DNA of 62,796 nucleotides, counting the filler, from Globobulimina sp. (Eukaryota): assembly GCA_003354225.1 (NCBI GenBank). It is 38 parts of 38 records of this genome, joined end to end, with 100 filler letters (N's around TTAATTAATTAA, not from the genome) between each part and the next. Parts side by side here need not be neighbours in the genome. Positions count along the whole stretch, not along the records: positions 23,186 to 24,741 come from PIVH01014877.1; positions 24,842 to 26,396 come from PIVH01014878.1; positions 26,497 to 28,051 come from PIVH01014879.1; positions 28,152 to 29,706 come from PIVH01014880.1; positions 29,807 to 31,361 come from PIVH01014881.1; positions 31,462 to 33,016 come from PIVH01014882.1; positions 33,117 to 34,671 come from PIVH01014883.1; positions 34,772 to 36,326 come from PIVH01014884.1; 30 more parts are not named here. One strand, given 5' to 3'. Positions 24,026 through 36,426 of this stretch are shown here, piece after piece. Under the pieces are notes generated by a model. It worked only from the letters and a program-made list of their open reading frames with translations, ran no database searches and was not told the origin of the DNA. Every line of letters begins with the position of its first letter. Within the stretch, counting starts at the first letter, position 1. The position numbers and the translations under genes are program-made.

Positions 24026-24741
24026 TTAATAATCAGCCGTGAAACTTGAAGGCTGAGTGGCAATCACACCATTATTCGACTTAATTTTTTGTGCAAAGCC
24101 ATGCACTAAATTTTTAACTTTGGTCTTTAAATGTTTTGGCGCATTCTTTAGTTTGTCATGAATGTATTTGCTCGCAATCTCATCATCGATAATGTCCAAT
24201 TTCAACGACTGTCGCAAATACATTTCAATTTGGTTCGTCTGATACAAAAAAGCAAACACACAGCGCGCATAATCGATGATTTCGTTTGCATTCTTGCGCA
24301 AAATCAACCAGCTTTGTATGCAAATATGAATAAAGTCATTCCAGCCATTATGATAAATATCAAATATGTTTTTCAAGCCAGAGGTAATGGCCAACTTCGC
24401 AGTGTCTAACGGCACTCTGTCCCCAAACATGTATCCAAAATCAATGTGAAATAAATGGAACCCGATCCTCCGATCTTGTGTGGATATATTAATCAAGATA
24501 TTGTCGTCGTGGCGGTCTCTTATACCCATTATGAAGGCCGATATGAAAGCACCAGCCGACGACGCCACTAATCTGTTCCATAAATCTATGTTCTTCTCTT
24601 GCGACAATATCTGCCGTAACGACATGACTTTATTCAGCTCGATGCAGTTTGGGATGGCTTCGATAATCCCCACGTCCGGGCCGATGGGGATGCACTTATA
24701 GGTCAACGAGGAGATGAAACTGTCTTTGTACTTCAAATCAT
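24026..24741 (-). CDS. Phosphatidylinositol 3-/4-kinase catalytic domain, 5' partial
   Basis: YKCIPIGPDVGIIE, GIRDRHDDNILI, LFHIDFGYMFG. Confidence 0.9.
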
Positions 24742-24841
24742 NNNNNNNNNNNNNNNNNNNNNNNNNNNNNNNNNNNNNNNNNNNNTTAATTAATTAANNN
24801 NNNNNNNNNNNNNNNNNNNNNNNNNNNNNNNNNNNNNNNNN

Positions 24842-25770
24842 AAAAACGTATACATGTAATGACAAAACCTCGAAACGCTTTGGTAGTTTTCATGGCTTTG
24901 TTCTCCAACAAAACCAATTTGTCCCTACTGAATTTCTGCAGCACTCCCAAGGAATTGGTGGGTAATTTTATCATTAATATTACTGCAAATAATTTGGACA
25001 ATGCTTGACTCCATTTTTTAATCTGTTCATTTTGATCAAATAATATCATATTTGATATCATGTCAAAAGATAAGAAATCTGCTGTATATAACTCAAATTG
25101 CAACAGATTTTTAATAAAGTTTATAATATATCGCAAGTTTTTCATTTCTTTTAAGGTCATTTCGTATTTTGCGACATCTGAGTTGGAGTATAAATGCATA
25201 TTGCTTTGAATGATTATAATTTGTGACAGTAAGAAGGTGCATAATGTTATGAGGGATGGTTGGTTTATCATTAATAAATATGGGCCACGGATACGTAATT
25301 TAGTGGACACAATGTTTTCATCAAACATTTGAGTTAAAAGTGACAAGAAATGCAGGAATTGATTGTAAAAAGAGAGTAAAAATGGTTTATTTGAGGATAA
25401 AGGTAAAATATTATTGATGGGGATGATTGATGTCGAGGTTTGATTGTTTAGTATTGATTTAAAATCATCATTGTTGTGGATTTGAGATATTATGATGCAG
25501 TCTGAGAGGAATGCATGCAATGTAATGTGGTGGTGTTCAGTTATACGAATATTTAATGAGGATTCTAATTTATGTATGTGAATTTGTGAAAGAGTGCAAG
25601 GAGATAAAATATTTTGGTATACCATTATTTGGTGCTTGTGATTGTAAGATTATTGTGGATTGATCAAAATTATCAAATGTTTTAATAGATTGCAAATAGG
25701 TTAGGAATTGTTGTGGTGTGTAATTAATTGAGTGAATACTGGATGAGCTTCGCGAAGAGGAGTGTGCCAT
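24842..25770 (-). CDS. Hypothetical helical protein (two overlapping ORFs), 3' partial
   Basis: 66-aa and ~260-aa ORFs; junction unresolved. Confidence 0.4.
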
Positions 25771-25838
25771 TACAATTGATTAGCTGCTTCCGTGTTTTTT
25801 TGAAAATTTAAATTTGTCAAATCTTAACGATCAAAATA

Positions 25839-26396
25839 ATGGAACCTATACTACTTTATCTCACATATATCATATGTGTCATCGCATTTACAGGTGATTT
25901 GGGGTCAATATACTTCATCAATCACCTCTGGTCCTATCGCAAGCACAAATTCATTCAATCTCGCTCGCCAACTTTAACCTATTCTGTGTTATGGATTTTC
26001 TTTAGTTTCTTATTGTTAGCAATTACGAATGCGTTTATCTACATCTTTGTAGATGTTTGGGACGCGACCTATTTCTTTGTCATCAATGATTTTATACAAT
26101 ACGGCAGCACATTTGCATACGCTACGAGGTATATTGATAACTGTATAAATAATTAAACCTAAACCTCTGTTATAAATATAGAGCATGGATATTATTCTAC
26201 CACGTCCAATGGAGCTACGAATCTGTGAATCATGTCTGGCGGACACAATTGGCGGACGTTAAAGACGTGGAAGCATTGCAAAGTACTTCGGTGGATAATT
26301 CCTTCTCAGATGCTTCATTATTTTGGATAAATTACAGAGACTCGTTAGGAAATTGGAAGAAAGTGTTTCCAATGACAATGGGTTTATTATTGCCGT
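25839..26396 (+). CDS. Multi-pass (7TM-like) membrane protein, paralog of 9078-9791; intron 26129-26181; 3' partial
   Basis: FIQSR, spliced ATR|AWILFYHVQWSY, FWINYRDSLGN. Confidence 0.6.
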
Positions 26397-26734
26397 NNNN
26401 NNNNNNNNNNNNNNNNNNNNNNNNNNNNNNNNNNNNNNNNTTAATTAATTAANNNNNNNNNNNNNNNNNNNNNNNNNNNNNNNNNNNNNNNNNNNNTTTA
26501 ATTGCAATTGCAAGCATTGAAATCATTCGGAATTTGATACATTATTACGGAGCGCCAAAATTGTTCACCGCATTTCAAGCACGATTTTATAACGGCATCT
26601 TACCGCCAATTAAAACAACAAACGATGGTTCTCATTCTCAGCGTATCTGTCCAGATTCAAAAGTTTATTCTAAAATATTTGCATTCAAATTCCTGAAATT
26701 ATGCAATCGAAGACAAGAGCCACAGCGGCGGGAC

Positions 26735-27688
26735 ATGGAAAAAGTGTCATTATTATCCAACAACAAACTGCAAATTGATATTCATAAACAAGAAGAGGCT
26801 GACATCGAATTGGGAGTACTGTCATCGTCAAAATTAGAAAACAAGTTATCGCAGCAACACGTACATACATCGTCGGACAAGAAACAATTAATTAAACCGA
26901 AAACAAACATGAACTCATTAAATACCTATGACGTGTTCAAAATATTGGGCACTATGACTATGTTCGTTGACCATTACGCGTACTTCGGACTGCCGGGCTT
27001 GTCCGCAACGCAAAGTGGTTGGAGCCGTGTCATTGGCAGGTCAGCAGCGCCAGGTTTTTTCTTCTTAGCTGGCTTTTCATCTAAAAAGTTTCGGATCAGA
27101 ACATGGAGCGCCGCGCTGTTCATATACCTGTTCACTTCTGTGCTGCCGCTGTCATTTGTCCATTCGCCATGGGAATCCATTATGAATATTGCATTGATTA
27201 ACTGCATATTTTATTACTTTCCGCCTCATCGATTTAGGCAACCAATCATACATTTATTTGCATTTATGGTGTTGCAGTATTATAGAAACTATTTTTCAAC
27301 AGTGCTAAATGTCGGATATGGAACAGTACCGTTTATGTTGGGAATTGCCGGCGATTTAATCAGAAATAAACATTGCATGGCCAAATTGTGGGTGGTTGCG
27401 GGACTGACAAGTTTTTGCCTGTCATCGCTTGACGTATTTGCCTCAACTTCTTCTCACAGAGTTGCTATAATTTGTGAGTGTGTCATCAATGCATTGTTGA
27501 TGTGCTTCTTTAGCATCATTGAAATTGCTGTGTTGAACAAATATAAGATAACCAGGTTTGTGCGGGATGGCTTGATCTGGATTAGTAGGACCGGATTGGT
27601 GGTGTATATTGGCCATCTGTCCCTGTTTAGGCTGATCCAAATTTGTTATTATTCGGGACAATTTGATGAATTATATTACCTCAAATAA
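26735..27688 (+). CDS. TraX-like (acyltransferase-3 clan) membrane protein, intronless
   Basis: YDVFKILGTMTMFVDHYAYF...RVIGRSAAPGFFFLAG and C-terminal VYIGHL match the TraX LK..A...M..DH / GR...P.F / Y..HL pattern. Confidence 0.7.
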   Translation: MEKVSLLSNNKLQIDIHKQEEADIELGVLSSSKLENKLSQQHVHTSSDKKQLIKPKTNMNSLNTYDVFKILGTMTMFVDHYAYFGLPGLSATQSGWSRVIGRSAAPGFFFLAGFSSKKFRIRTWSAALFIYLFTSVLPLSFVHSPWESIMNIALINCIFYYFPPHRFRQPIIHLFAFMVLQYYRNYFSTVLNVGYGTVPFMLGIAGDLIRNKHCMAKLWVVAGLTSFCLSSLDVFASTSSHRVAIICECVINALLMCFFSIIEIAVLNKYKITRFVRDGLIWISRTGLVVYIGHLSLFRLIQICYYSGQFDELYYLK

Positions 27689-28151
27689 CTGTTCTGTTGT
27701 ATGTAATTTGTCCATATGATGTTTGCATGAAACTATATAAAAACCAAAACTTTGGCATCATCGCTCCCAAAAGAAATTGATTGGTTTGATTTGTTTTCTT
27801 TTGCATTTTTTGTTAATTAAGTCTCGGACTTAAAAAATTTATGATTCTATGAACCGGTCTTTGTAAGTTGCTTTCAAGACTGCTCTGCGATTTATAGCAG
27901 TCCACCTTGTTCTATTTTTATCTTTGAAAAAAAAATAGTATTTCCCACCTTGTAATAATTAAAAACTCACAAACAAAAAATCTAAACACAAATTATTAAC
28001 CAATCCTCGTTCTTATTTGCTCCTTGTTTTGTTTTTAAATATACCCAGAAGNNNNNNNNNNNNNNNNNNNNNNNNNNNNNNNNNNNNNNNNNNNNTTAAT
28101 TAATTAANNNNNNNNNNNNNNNNNNNNNNNNNNNNNNNNNNNNNNNNNNNN

Positions 28152-29706
28152 TTTTTGAGACGGTCCATTTATTAGCTTCTTATTATTATCGCCGACGTGT
28201 TTACCATTGACATTGATTGGTTGCGTCTCAGTTGTTGGAAACTTTCGTTTTCGCGGATTTTTGGTACGATTAAATGCTGTGTTTAATGTAGCGGTTCGTG
28301 GTCTGATACCACTGCTATTATTTACATTATTTATATTATGATTAATACTTTGTTTCGATTGTCGCAATTTTACAAATTTATGTTTATACTCATTTACATC
28401 ATTGGTTAATTTCTTAATTATTTTGTCTTTTTTATCCACCTCTGCACTCAGCCGAGTGTGGTCTCGCTGTAAATTATTGAATTCCACTCTGGTTTGGTGA
28501 TGATTCGCATTCTTATTACTCTGTGCATCTCTGCTCACTGTTAATTTAGAAATATCTTTCTTGTAATTCCGATTATTCATTTTCAAATTATTTATTTCCT
28601 TCTCTTTCTCTTCCAAATCGCGTTTAATTTTCTTCAATTTCAGTTTGAAATCACTAAGTTTATTATTATTGTGGTTATTGTTATTATTCTGATTCGGCTC
28701 ATCATTCGGTTTGTCATTCTTCTGTGCTTCGCCCAACTGCACTCTCCGCACTCTATGCGCAAACTGCAACGTATTTAGCGACTCTTTTACATCAAATAAT
28801 TCACACGAAATATTGCAAAACATAGCGGCACGCGAATTACCACCCAAACAATCATACAATAAATATGTTAATTGGCTGTCTCGATATGGAATATGTTTCT
28901 GTTTGGTTTGCAATGAATTTATAACATTCCCCAACGCAGACAATGATTTATTTATACTCTTCGATTCGCCAAATGCCGCGCCAGTGGCACCCGTTTTTTT
29001 TACTCGCTCACTCCCCGCCAAATCAATTAATACTAAGCGCGATGTGCTCTTTTTCGAGATAATGTCAATGAATATTAAGGCATGCGACCGACTGGAATGA
29101 GCATTCATATCTGTTTTGCCCGTCGCGCGATTCTTATATGCAATGTTTATTAACATATCGCGTACATTGTGGGTATCCATCACCTCCGTTTTAGTTAAGC
29201 CCGGCACCAATACTTTCTTTCCACATTTACTTAATTTCGCTTTTAAATTGTGTGGATTTATATTATTTATATGTGAATTGGGATTGTCATTTGCATTCAC
29301 ATTTAAATTATTTAATAAATCGCGAATTTTCTCGTTGTAAATCTCCAAACAACTGAGATATAGCTTCATCTCTCTCTTATTATGTTCATTGTTTTGCTCA
29401 TTTTTTAATTTAAATAACATATCAAAGGAACGATAAATAACCCCGGGATTATTATGTGTCCCTTCCATCGTATACGTCTTCCCCGAACCCGTTTGTCCGT
29501 AGGCAAATATACACACATTATATCCATCCATGGCGCTATGAATCAATGGCTTTATATCTTCGAATATGACATCCTGAGAGGTGTTTGGTTTATAAATCTG
29601 ATCAAAATTAAATTCTTTGTTGTTCTGATCATTGCCATCTGCCACCATCAACGTCTCCTCATCCAAACACGTCGTGGCCATCAATTCCTGCCCACCATTC
29701 TTATTC
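28152..29706 (-). CDS. Kinesin-14-like motor domain followed by coiled coil, partial
   Basis: DGYNVCIFAYGQTGSGKTYTM, NAHSSRSH, LIDLAGSER, HIPYRDSQLT. Confidence 0.92.
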
Positions 29707-29874
29707 NNNNNNNNNNNNNNNNNNNNNNNNNNNNNNNNNNNNNNNNNNNNTTAATTAATTAANNNNNNNNNNNNNNNNNNNNNNNNNNNNNNNNNNNNNN
29801 NNNNNNTATACTTTACACCTTTTACTTTGAATTAGACAGTTATTGGAATTTGTATTTCTATTCTTTGCGGCTGT

Positions 29875-30900
29875 TTGTGTTTAATAATATTGCATTTATC
29901 ATATGTTCATGGCCGATCGCATAGAAATGGCACTGGTACAAAAAAACAAAAAGTGACAATGGATTTACATTCAATCCCAATTTATGAATTAGATTCAGAT
30001 GAAAATAAAAATTTAACTCGAATATATAGATACGATATACAACTCCCATTATTTTATTATCTCATTAAATTTATTCATTCCCTCTCCATTCTAATTCAAT
30101 ATCTTTTGATTATTTATTACATTCAACGGCCCATATTTTACATCTATATATTATTGTATTCTTATTTACTTTCAAATATATTATTTAATGTCTATGCATT
30201 TTGTCATATACTTATATTGTTGGCGCAAACTATTATTTTCGTATTGCTTTGCGATTTCTCCATGTTTGGCATTATTATATTTGTCTCAATATTCATATTT
30301 CAGCTTGCTACGCAATGTATTGTTGGTATAATAAGTGGCGATCTTTGTGATTTTAAGCAATGTCAAAGACATATCGACTACGGTGATAGCAAAGCGTTGT
30401 TCAAATATGTTGTTGAAAATCTTCGCTTTGGATTAATATTTGGTAATTTTGAATTATTTCCATTTTTAGTATATTTTGATGATGATTTATGGTATGGATA
30501 TGCAACATATTGGTATCATTTTGTGCTAATATTTGTGGTCTGGATGGCCTCATTGATGCCGGCTTATATAAAATATATGTTAAGGTTTGGTGAATATTTT
30601 AATCCACAAAAACATACTAATCATTTTTTGATTGCATTATATTTTCGAATATATGTGATAATATCTGTGCTTTTTAAATTTCTCACTATTTATTTGTCTT
30701 TATATGTTATATTGGATGCAAAATGGGATTCTAATTTATGGTCATTTGGATTTTATTATGCTATGTTTGTTGGTGTTTTTAATTTCATTTTGATATTAAT
30801 GCTTCCTTTTTGTCTATTAATATATAAAAATTGTTGCTTTGGAGAATTTAAAATATGTTGTTCTTGGTTTGTATGTTGTAAACAAATCTCGTGTGTCTGA
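29875..30900 (+). CDS. Polytopic membrane protein, unknown family
   Basis: 341-aa ORF with many hydrophobic helices. Confidence 0.55.
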   Translation: MCLIILHLSYVHGRSHRNGTGTKKQKVTMDLHSIPIYELDSDENKNLTRIYRYDIQLPLFYYLIKFIHSLSILIQYLLIIYYIQRPIFYIYILLYSYLLSNILFNVYAFCHILILLAQTIIFVLLCDFSMFGIIIFVSIFIFQLATQCIVGIISGDLCDFKQCQRHIDYGDSKALFKYVVENLRFGLIFGNFELFPFLVYFDDDLWYGYATYWYHFVLIFVVWMASLMPAYIKYMLRFGEYFNPQKHTNHFLIALYFRIYVIISVLFKFLTIYLSLYVILDAKWDSNLWSFGFYYAMFVGVFNFILILMLPFCLLIYKNCCFGEFKICCSWFVCCKQISCV

Positions 30901-31473
30901 TTTGCTTTGTATTTGCTCTCTTTCGTACTTACTTTTTTTTTCCCAAACTTTTTTTATATTTTGTATTATTTATTAACTTTATATTTAATTTGTATTATTT
31001 TATTAACTTTCTTTTTTTTCATTGCTAAAATACGTACAAAGGAGAAAACGAACAAGTATAAATTAATTTTTTTTTAGTATTAACAAACACCAAAACAAGA
31101 AAAAAAAAAAGAAATATACATTAAACAATGAATTTGAAAATATGTCAAACCAAACGTCTTTTCCTTGGATCACTTGGTATAACAATATCATTGCTGTTAT
31201 TATTACTCTCACTTTGATCAACACCAAAAAGTGAGGCTAAACCATCCAAATTACTGAAAAATTTATCATCCAAAACATTATTGTTTTCACCGGCACCATT
31301 TGCATTATTTTTTATTGTGGGACTTGTAGGCGAATCAGCAATGCTTTTCTTATTATTATCANNNNNNNNNNNNNNNNNNNNNNNNNNNNNNNNNNNNNNN
31401 NNNNNTTAATTAATTAANNNNNNNNNNNNNNNNNNNNNNNNNNNNNNNNNNNNNNNNNNNNAGGTCTATTTAG

Positions 31474-32600
31474 ATCAAATAAGTCTTTGTCGTTTATGAG
31501 TCAGAGTCAGAGCCGAGCCGAGCAGAGTCAGAGTGTAGTGATCGAGTTGACATGGTTTTAGTGATCGAGTCGAGCCGAGTTGGCATGGGTTTTTTTACTA
31601 TTATTATCAGCTAACCAAACCCATGGCACTCGATCACTAGACTCTACTCTGCTCGGCTCGGCTCTGACTCTGACTCATAAACGACAAAGACTTATTTGGT
31701 GTTACTATGTTTGGTGCGAATAGTACACATATCACGGTGCCGGATCATCAGATCTTTGCTAAACCGCATAATTTATCAATGTCGGAAGCAGCGTGTTTTT
31801 TAGGTACAGGTGTTACTGCATATTATGCCTTGTATCAACTTGCTGCACCGTTGGCACTGCCATATATTAAGGAGTCCATCATTAAACATACAAATACGTT
31901 CTTGGCCAATGATAATAAGCAATATAAGCCTCCAGCGCAATATGTATTAATTCATAGTGCTTCGGGTGGTGTAGGTTCGATGTTGTCGCAATATTGCAAA
32001 CATATATCGAATATGGAGTGTGTGGTTGGGATTGTCGGCGGACAGCATAAGATTGCGATGGCCAAAGAAATGGGCTGTGATGTTGTAATTGATCGTAAAT
32101 CGGACAAGTTGAAGAATGGCAATATTTGGGATGAGATTGGTGAGCGAATACCGGATTTTGCAGGCTTTGATATGATATTTGATGCAAACGGCGTAGCAAC
32201 GTTACGGAAAAGTTATCAACATTTGGCGCCGACGGGAAGAGTTATCATTTATGGCTTTCATACGATGCTGCCACATTGTGGGCGGATATCGGTGATGCAA
32301 TGGTTGAAAATGGGAATAAGTTTATTGAAAACACCATCGTTTGATCCAATGAAATTGGTGGAAGAGAATAAATGTGTGTTAGGATTCAATTTATCTTTTT
32401 TATTTGCGAGAACTGATGTATTTGAAGCTTTTCTCGCCAATGTTATTCCGTGGATTCAGAGTAATCGGATTAAAGTCAGTAAAGTTACTCAATATAAAAT
32501 GAAAGATGTAGCAATTGCACATAGTGATATTCAGAGTGGCAAAACTATTGGAAAGTTGGTTATGATCACGCCTCATCATGATAATTATGATAATCTTTAA
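31474..32600 (+). CDS. VAT-1-like NAD(P)H quinone oxidoreductase (MDR family), 5' partial, exon interrupted by the MITE
   Basis: DQIFGVTMFGA, TAYYAL, VLIHSASGGVGS, FDANGVATLRKSYQHLAPTGRVIIYG, GFNLSFLF, IQSGKTIGKLV. Confidence 0.88.
31482..31692. mobile_element. 211-bp MITE with 47-bp perfect TIRs and TA target-site duplication
   Basis: TIR AGTCTTTGTCGTTTATGAGTCAGAGTCAGAGCCGAGCCGAGCAGAGT; TA at 31480-81 and 31693-94; excision restores GAT CAA ATA TTT GGT GTT. Confidence 0.85.
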
Positions 32601-33116
32601 AATTCGACAGTACTCTCTTTTTTTAGTTAAGAGGATTAAAGACTCCGAGCAACAAATAATTAAATTCAGCGGCGTTGTTTCGTCCAATCATACACAAACA
32701 ACAAATACGAGCAACTTTCATGGGATAACAGTCATAACACTGAGTCAAATGGTATGCATTACTGTATTCACAAACAATCTAGGTTTGCATAGTGGTTATT
32801 TTTTGTTGTTGTTTGTATTTGTTCGTATTTGTTGTTTGTGTATGATTGGACGAATTTGTCTTTGTATCTGAATGACGTTTGAGTGAGGAATAGGGACTGT
32901 TGCTGTTGAGTGTTGGTGGTGGTGTATCTTCCATACCATCACCATTATTATTATTATTTCTCTGTGGAGATGCAAAGCTATCTGCTAATGCATCTAAATT
33001 ATCATTGGAATGCAATNNNNNNNNNNNNNNNNNNNNNNNNNNNNNNNNNNNNNNNNNNNNTTAATTAATTAANNNNNNNNNNNNNNNNNNNNNNNNNNNN
33101 NNNNNNNNNNNNNNNN

Positions 33117-34274
33117 TTTCCGCGCTTTGTGTTCTCTATTTAATGTTTCTATCGATTGTCTCAAATCTTTTATTTCCATTGGATTTGGATGAGAAACCCC
33201 AACATTTTTTGCTACATTCTGCGGTTTAATATCATTTAACATTCTCTCTGTTTCCTCGCTAAAAATACTTTTATATTTCATAAAATATGGAAACAATACA
33301 CTTAAAATGGCAAATGAATTTGTACTCCGTTGCGATAATACCATTCGATGTCCATTTATATCGTTTGCAATAAATATATAATATTGTAATATTAAAATAA
33401 ATCCATATCCAAATAATAAATGCCATAAACAATGTGCGGGAATATACTCAATTCCACTGTTTTCAATGCACGTCGATTGCATTAATATCCATGTAAACAC
33501 ACCAATAAATAGCAAAGATGTACCAGCTTGAAAATAATTAAATGCATTTTTTGCGATATCTTTCCCGTGGCTGATTGTACCAATTTGTACATCATATTTA
33601 CGTGAAATAAAATGAAAAATACCTACAAATATTAACATTATACCAATGGGTAAGACATATCCCAATTTATATGGCCACGTTCCCCATTCACAACCATTAA
33701 TATCACGATATAATAAAAAATATATACAAAACGTTGAAAACGTCCAATTTATACCTGTTGTGGCACAAAAACGTTATTCTTTTCATAATTATGCGATATT
33801 GCGACAAACACAAACAATGGAAGAACCTGTAAAAATTTGTGATTGAGTTTCAGTCATTTTATATTTAAATATACCTTCTTTCTGCAATAAAATTTGGATA
33901 TTTCTGCAATATTTCTCCATAACAATGGATAGAATCATATATTCAACGAGATACATTGTAAAATTTTCCAACAACATATATGTTCGAGTATTATGGAAAT
34001 GGTTTAAGAATGAGAATACACTGCAAAATATTAATAAAGCAGATATAAATCGAATAATGGATAAATTGTGGTTTTCCCACGTTAACTGATAGAATCCCAT
34101 TATACCAATGACCACTGATGATGCCATATTTAAATATTCTTTGCGCCAAATTAATTCCTCACAAAATGCTTCTGCACTGTTACTGTAATCATACCAACTC
34201 GGATCACGAAAACATACTGCATTTCCTGTGATTGTTGAGCTTACACTGCCATTAATTGTAGTGTTCAAAGCCAT
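33117..34274 (-). CDS. Alkaline ceramidase-like CREST-superfamily membrane protein; intron 33755-33826
   Basis: FCEE..EYLNMASS, SFLNH, LLENFTM, HCLWHLLFGYG. Confidence 0.75.
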
Positions 34275-34332
34275 TTTCCAGATATTTACACTGGCCGTGC
34301 TTGACCAAAACTATTTTTGATAAATACAAAAC

Positions 34333-34629
34333 ATGGCTCAAGAAGTTGATGAAACATTGATAGATCAACTTGTAATGTTGGGATATGATAGACAGCAATG
34401 TATAAAAGCATCAAAATTAGTGATCAATTCTAAAGATATCAATGAATTACAGGAGAAAGTGACAGAAATTGAAAAACAACAAACTCAACAACAATATGAT
34501 ATGGATGAACAAAAAGAATTGGAGCCATATAAAGTATGGGAATGTGACGAATGTTGTACTCTGAATATATTATACAAATCAATATGTGAATCATGCCAGA
34601 TTAAATTTGTTGCTATGGCCGCACACTGA
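34333..34629 (+). CDS. UBA-like + RanBP2-type zinc finger protein
   Basis: IDQLVMLGYDR; WECDECCTLNILYKSICESC. Confidence 0.65.
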   Translation: MAQEVDETLIDQLVMLGYDRQQCIKASKLVINSKDINELQEKVTEIEKQQTQQQYDMDEQKELEPYKVWECDECCTLNILYKSICESCQIKFVAMAAH

Positions 34630-34771
34630 CTGACTGAGTTGTGTAAATTTTTTAAAGTGCATGCCAATTCCNNNNNNNNNNNNNNNNNNNNNNNNNNNNN
34701 NNNNNNNNNNNNNNNTTAATTAATTAANNNNNNNNNNNNNNNNNNNNNNNNNNNNNNNNNNNNNNNNNNNN

Positions 34772-35144
34772 ATACTTTTTTAATATCTGCATGAGTGAAT
34801 AAATCAAAATTTGCATGTGTTTGATGGATGGAGACAAATGCATCCATTAACATATATTGACCCATTCTCCAAATAGGCGCAGTGGCAAATATTGGAGCGG
34901 ATAATCCCAACTTGGAATAGGCGTAAGGCAATGCTCCAATGTGGAGCAAATCTGGTTGGGATAGCAAGACAGCATCAATTGATGTTAGATCCACTGATTG
35001 TAAGGCTTCAATGTCGTATAGCTCGAATCGTGAATCCCATCCACAATCCAGTAGTAATCGGAATTCGTCAATTTTTAAAATAAAACAACGTGGTTCAAAG
35101 GCGTTAGAACCAAATACTGGGTAGAATTGAATTCGCGACGACAT
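34772..35144 (-). CDS. CPSF2: Cleavage and polyadenylation specificity factor 100 kDa subunit, N-terminal part
   Basis: LLDCGWD, IDAVLLSQPDLLHIGALPYA, IFATAPIWRMGQ (degenerate MBL motif typical of CPSF100). Confidence 0.85.
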
Positions 35145-35347
35145 TGCACAAGTTTAAGGGTTGGAGCAAGGGGAAAAATTTATATAAAAAGAAAAAAAAC
35201 ATCTCTCTCTTAGTTAATAATAGAAATCTTCGTAACAAACCTTTGTTGGCTCGTATTCTGTTTTGCAAGATAGCATACATTATTTCCACGGCATATATAT
35301 TTTCGGAGCAATAGTAAACTGTAGTTTGTAAATTTAATAAACACAGA

Positions 35348-35882
35348 ATGGCTATGAAAATGCAAAAAAAATTTCCTAAACGAATATCAAAAGAAATAGA
35401 AAGAATAAAAAAAGGATGTCCAACAGGAATATTTATCAAAGTTCACGACGAGAATTGGAGATATTTTGATGTAGTAATCGATGGGCCGCCAGATACACCA
35501 TATGAAGGTGGTGTGTTCCATTTAGAAATGTTTTTAGATCAAAAATATCCAATGCAACCACCAAAATGTCGATTTATAACAAGAATATATCATCCAAACG
35601 TTGATGCAGTGGGTCGAATATGTTTAGATATTTTGAAACAAAATTGGACGCCGGCTTTGAATTTACCAAAAGTTTGCTTATCAATTCAATCATTATTACA
35701 AGTTATAATCAATCATTGTTTTGATATTTTGATATACAATACACATATATTTAATGTTTGTATATAAACAGGAACCAAATCCTGACGATCCTTTGGATAA
35801 TAAGGTAGCGGATGTATTCAAAAAAAATCCAAAATTGGCTCACAAAAATGCTCAAGAATGGACCAGAATATATGCAGTTTGA
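35348..35882 (+). CDS. UBC13: Ubiquitin-conjugating enzyme E2 of the UBC13/UBE2N type; intron 35702-35771
   Basis: [31 protein letters not shown], spliced [19 protein letters not shown]. Confidence 0.85.
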
Positions 35883-36426
35883 CAATCAAACATTGAATGT
35901 ACAATTTGAAATGATCAACGACAAGTGTTAATTTTCTCATTGTATTAATAATATAATGCATGTGTGTTAATTGTTATTTTTCTTTTTATGATGACAACAT
36001 GCGTTCTTAATTAGGGGTTGTTATATATTATTTATATTTGCACATATAACAACAACCTAGTGAAGTGAACTTGAAGTACAGATAATGGGAAAATGTATGT
36101 CTGGAAGCTTAGAGCAAGACAATTTAATTGCGCCAAATACAATAAATGAAAGTGGTAGGAATAATACTAATAATGTTAGCATAGATGACCATAATCCAGA
36201 AACAAGAAAAACAAATAACATGAGCGCAGGCGCAGGGCCATTATCAGAATCAGATGATGATGAAACAGAACAATAGCAACCCAAAAAAGACATAGAACCA
36301 ATAGAAGAAAAGGAAAATGTAGAAACNNNNNNNNNNNNNNNNNNNNNNNNNNNNNNNNNNNNNNNNNNNNTTAATTAATTAANNNNNNNNNNNNNNNNNN
36401 NNNNNNNNNNNNNNNNNNNNNNNNNN

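Noticed and set aside
28711-29762. Antisense ORFs over kinesin (and similar ones over MFS, PI3K and VAT-1)
   Set aside because: Shadow ORFs of real genes on the opposite strand
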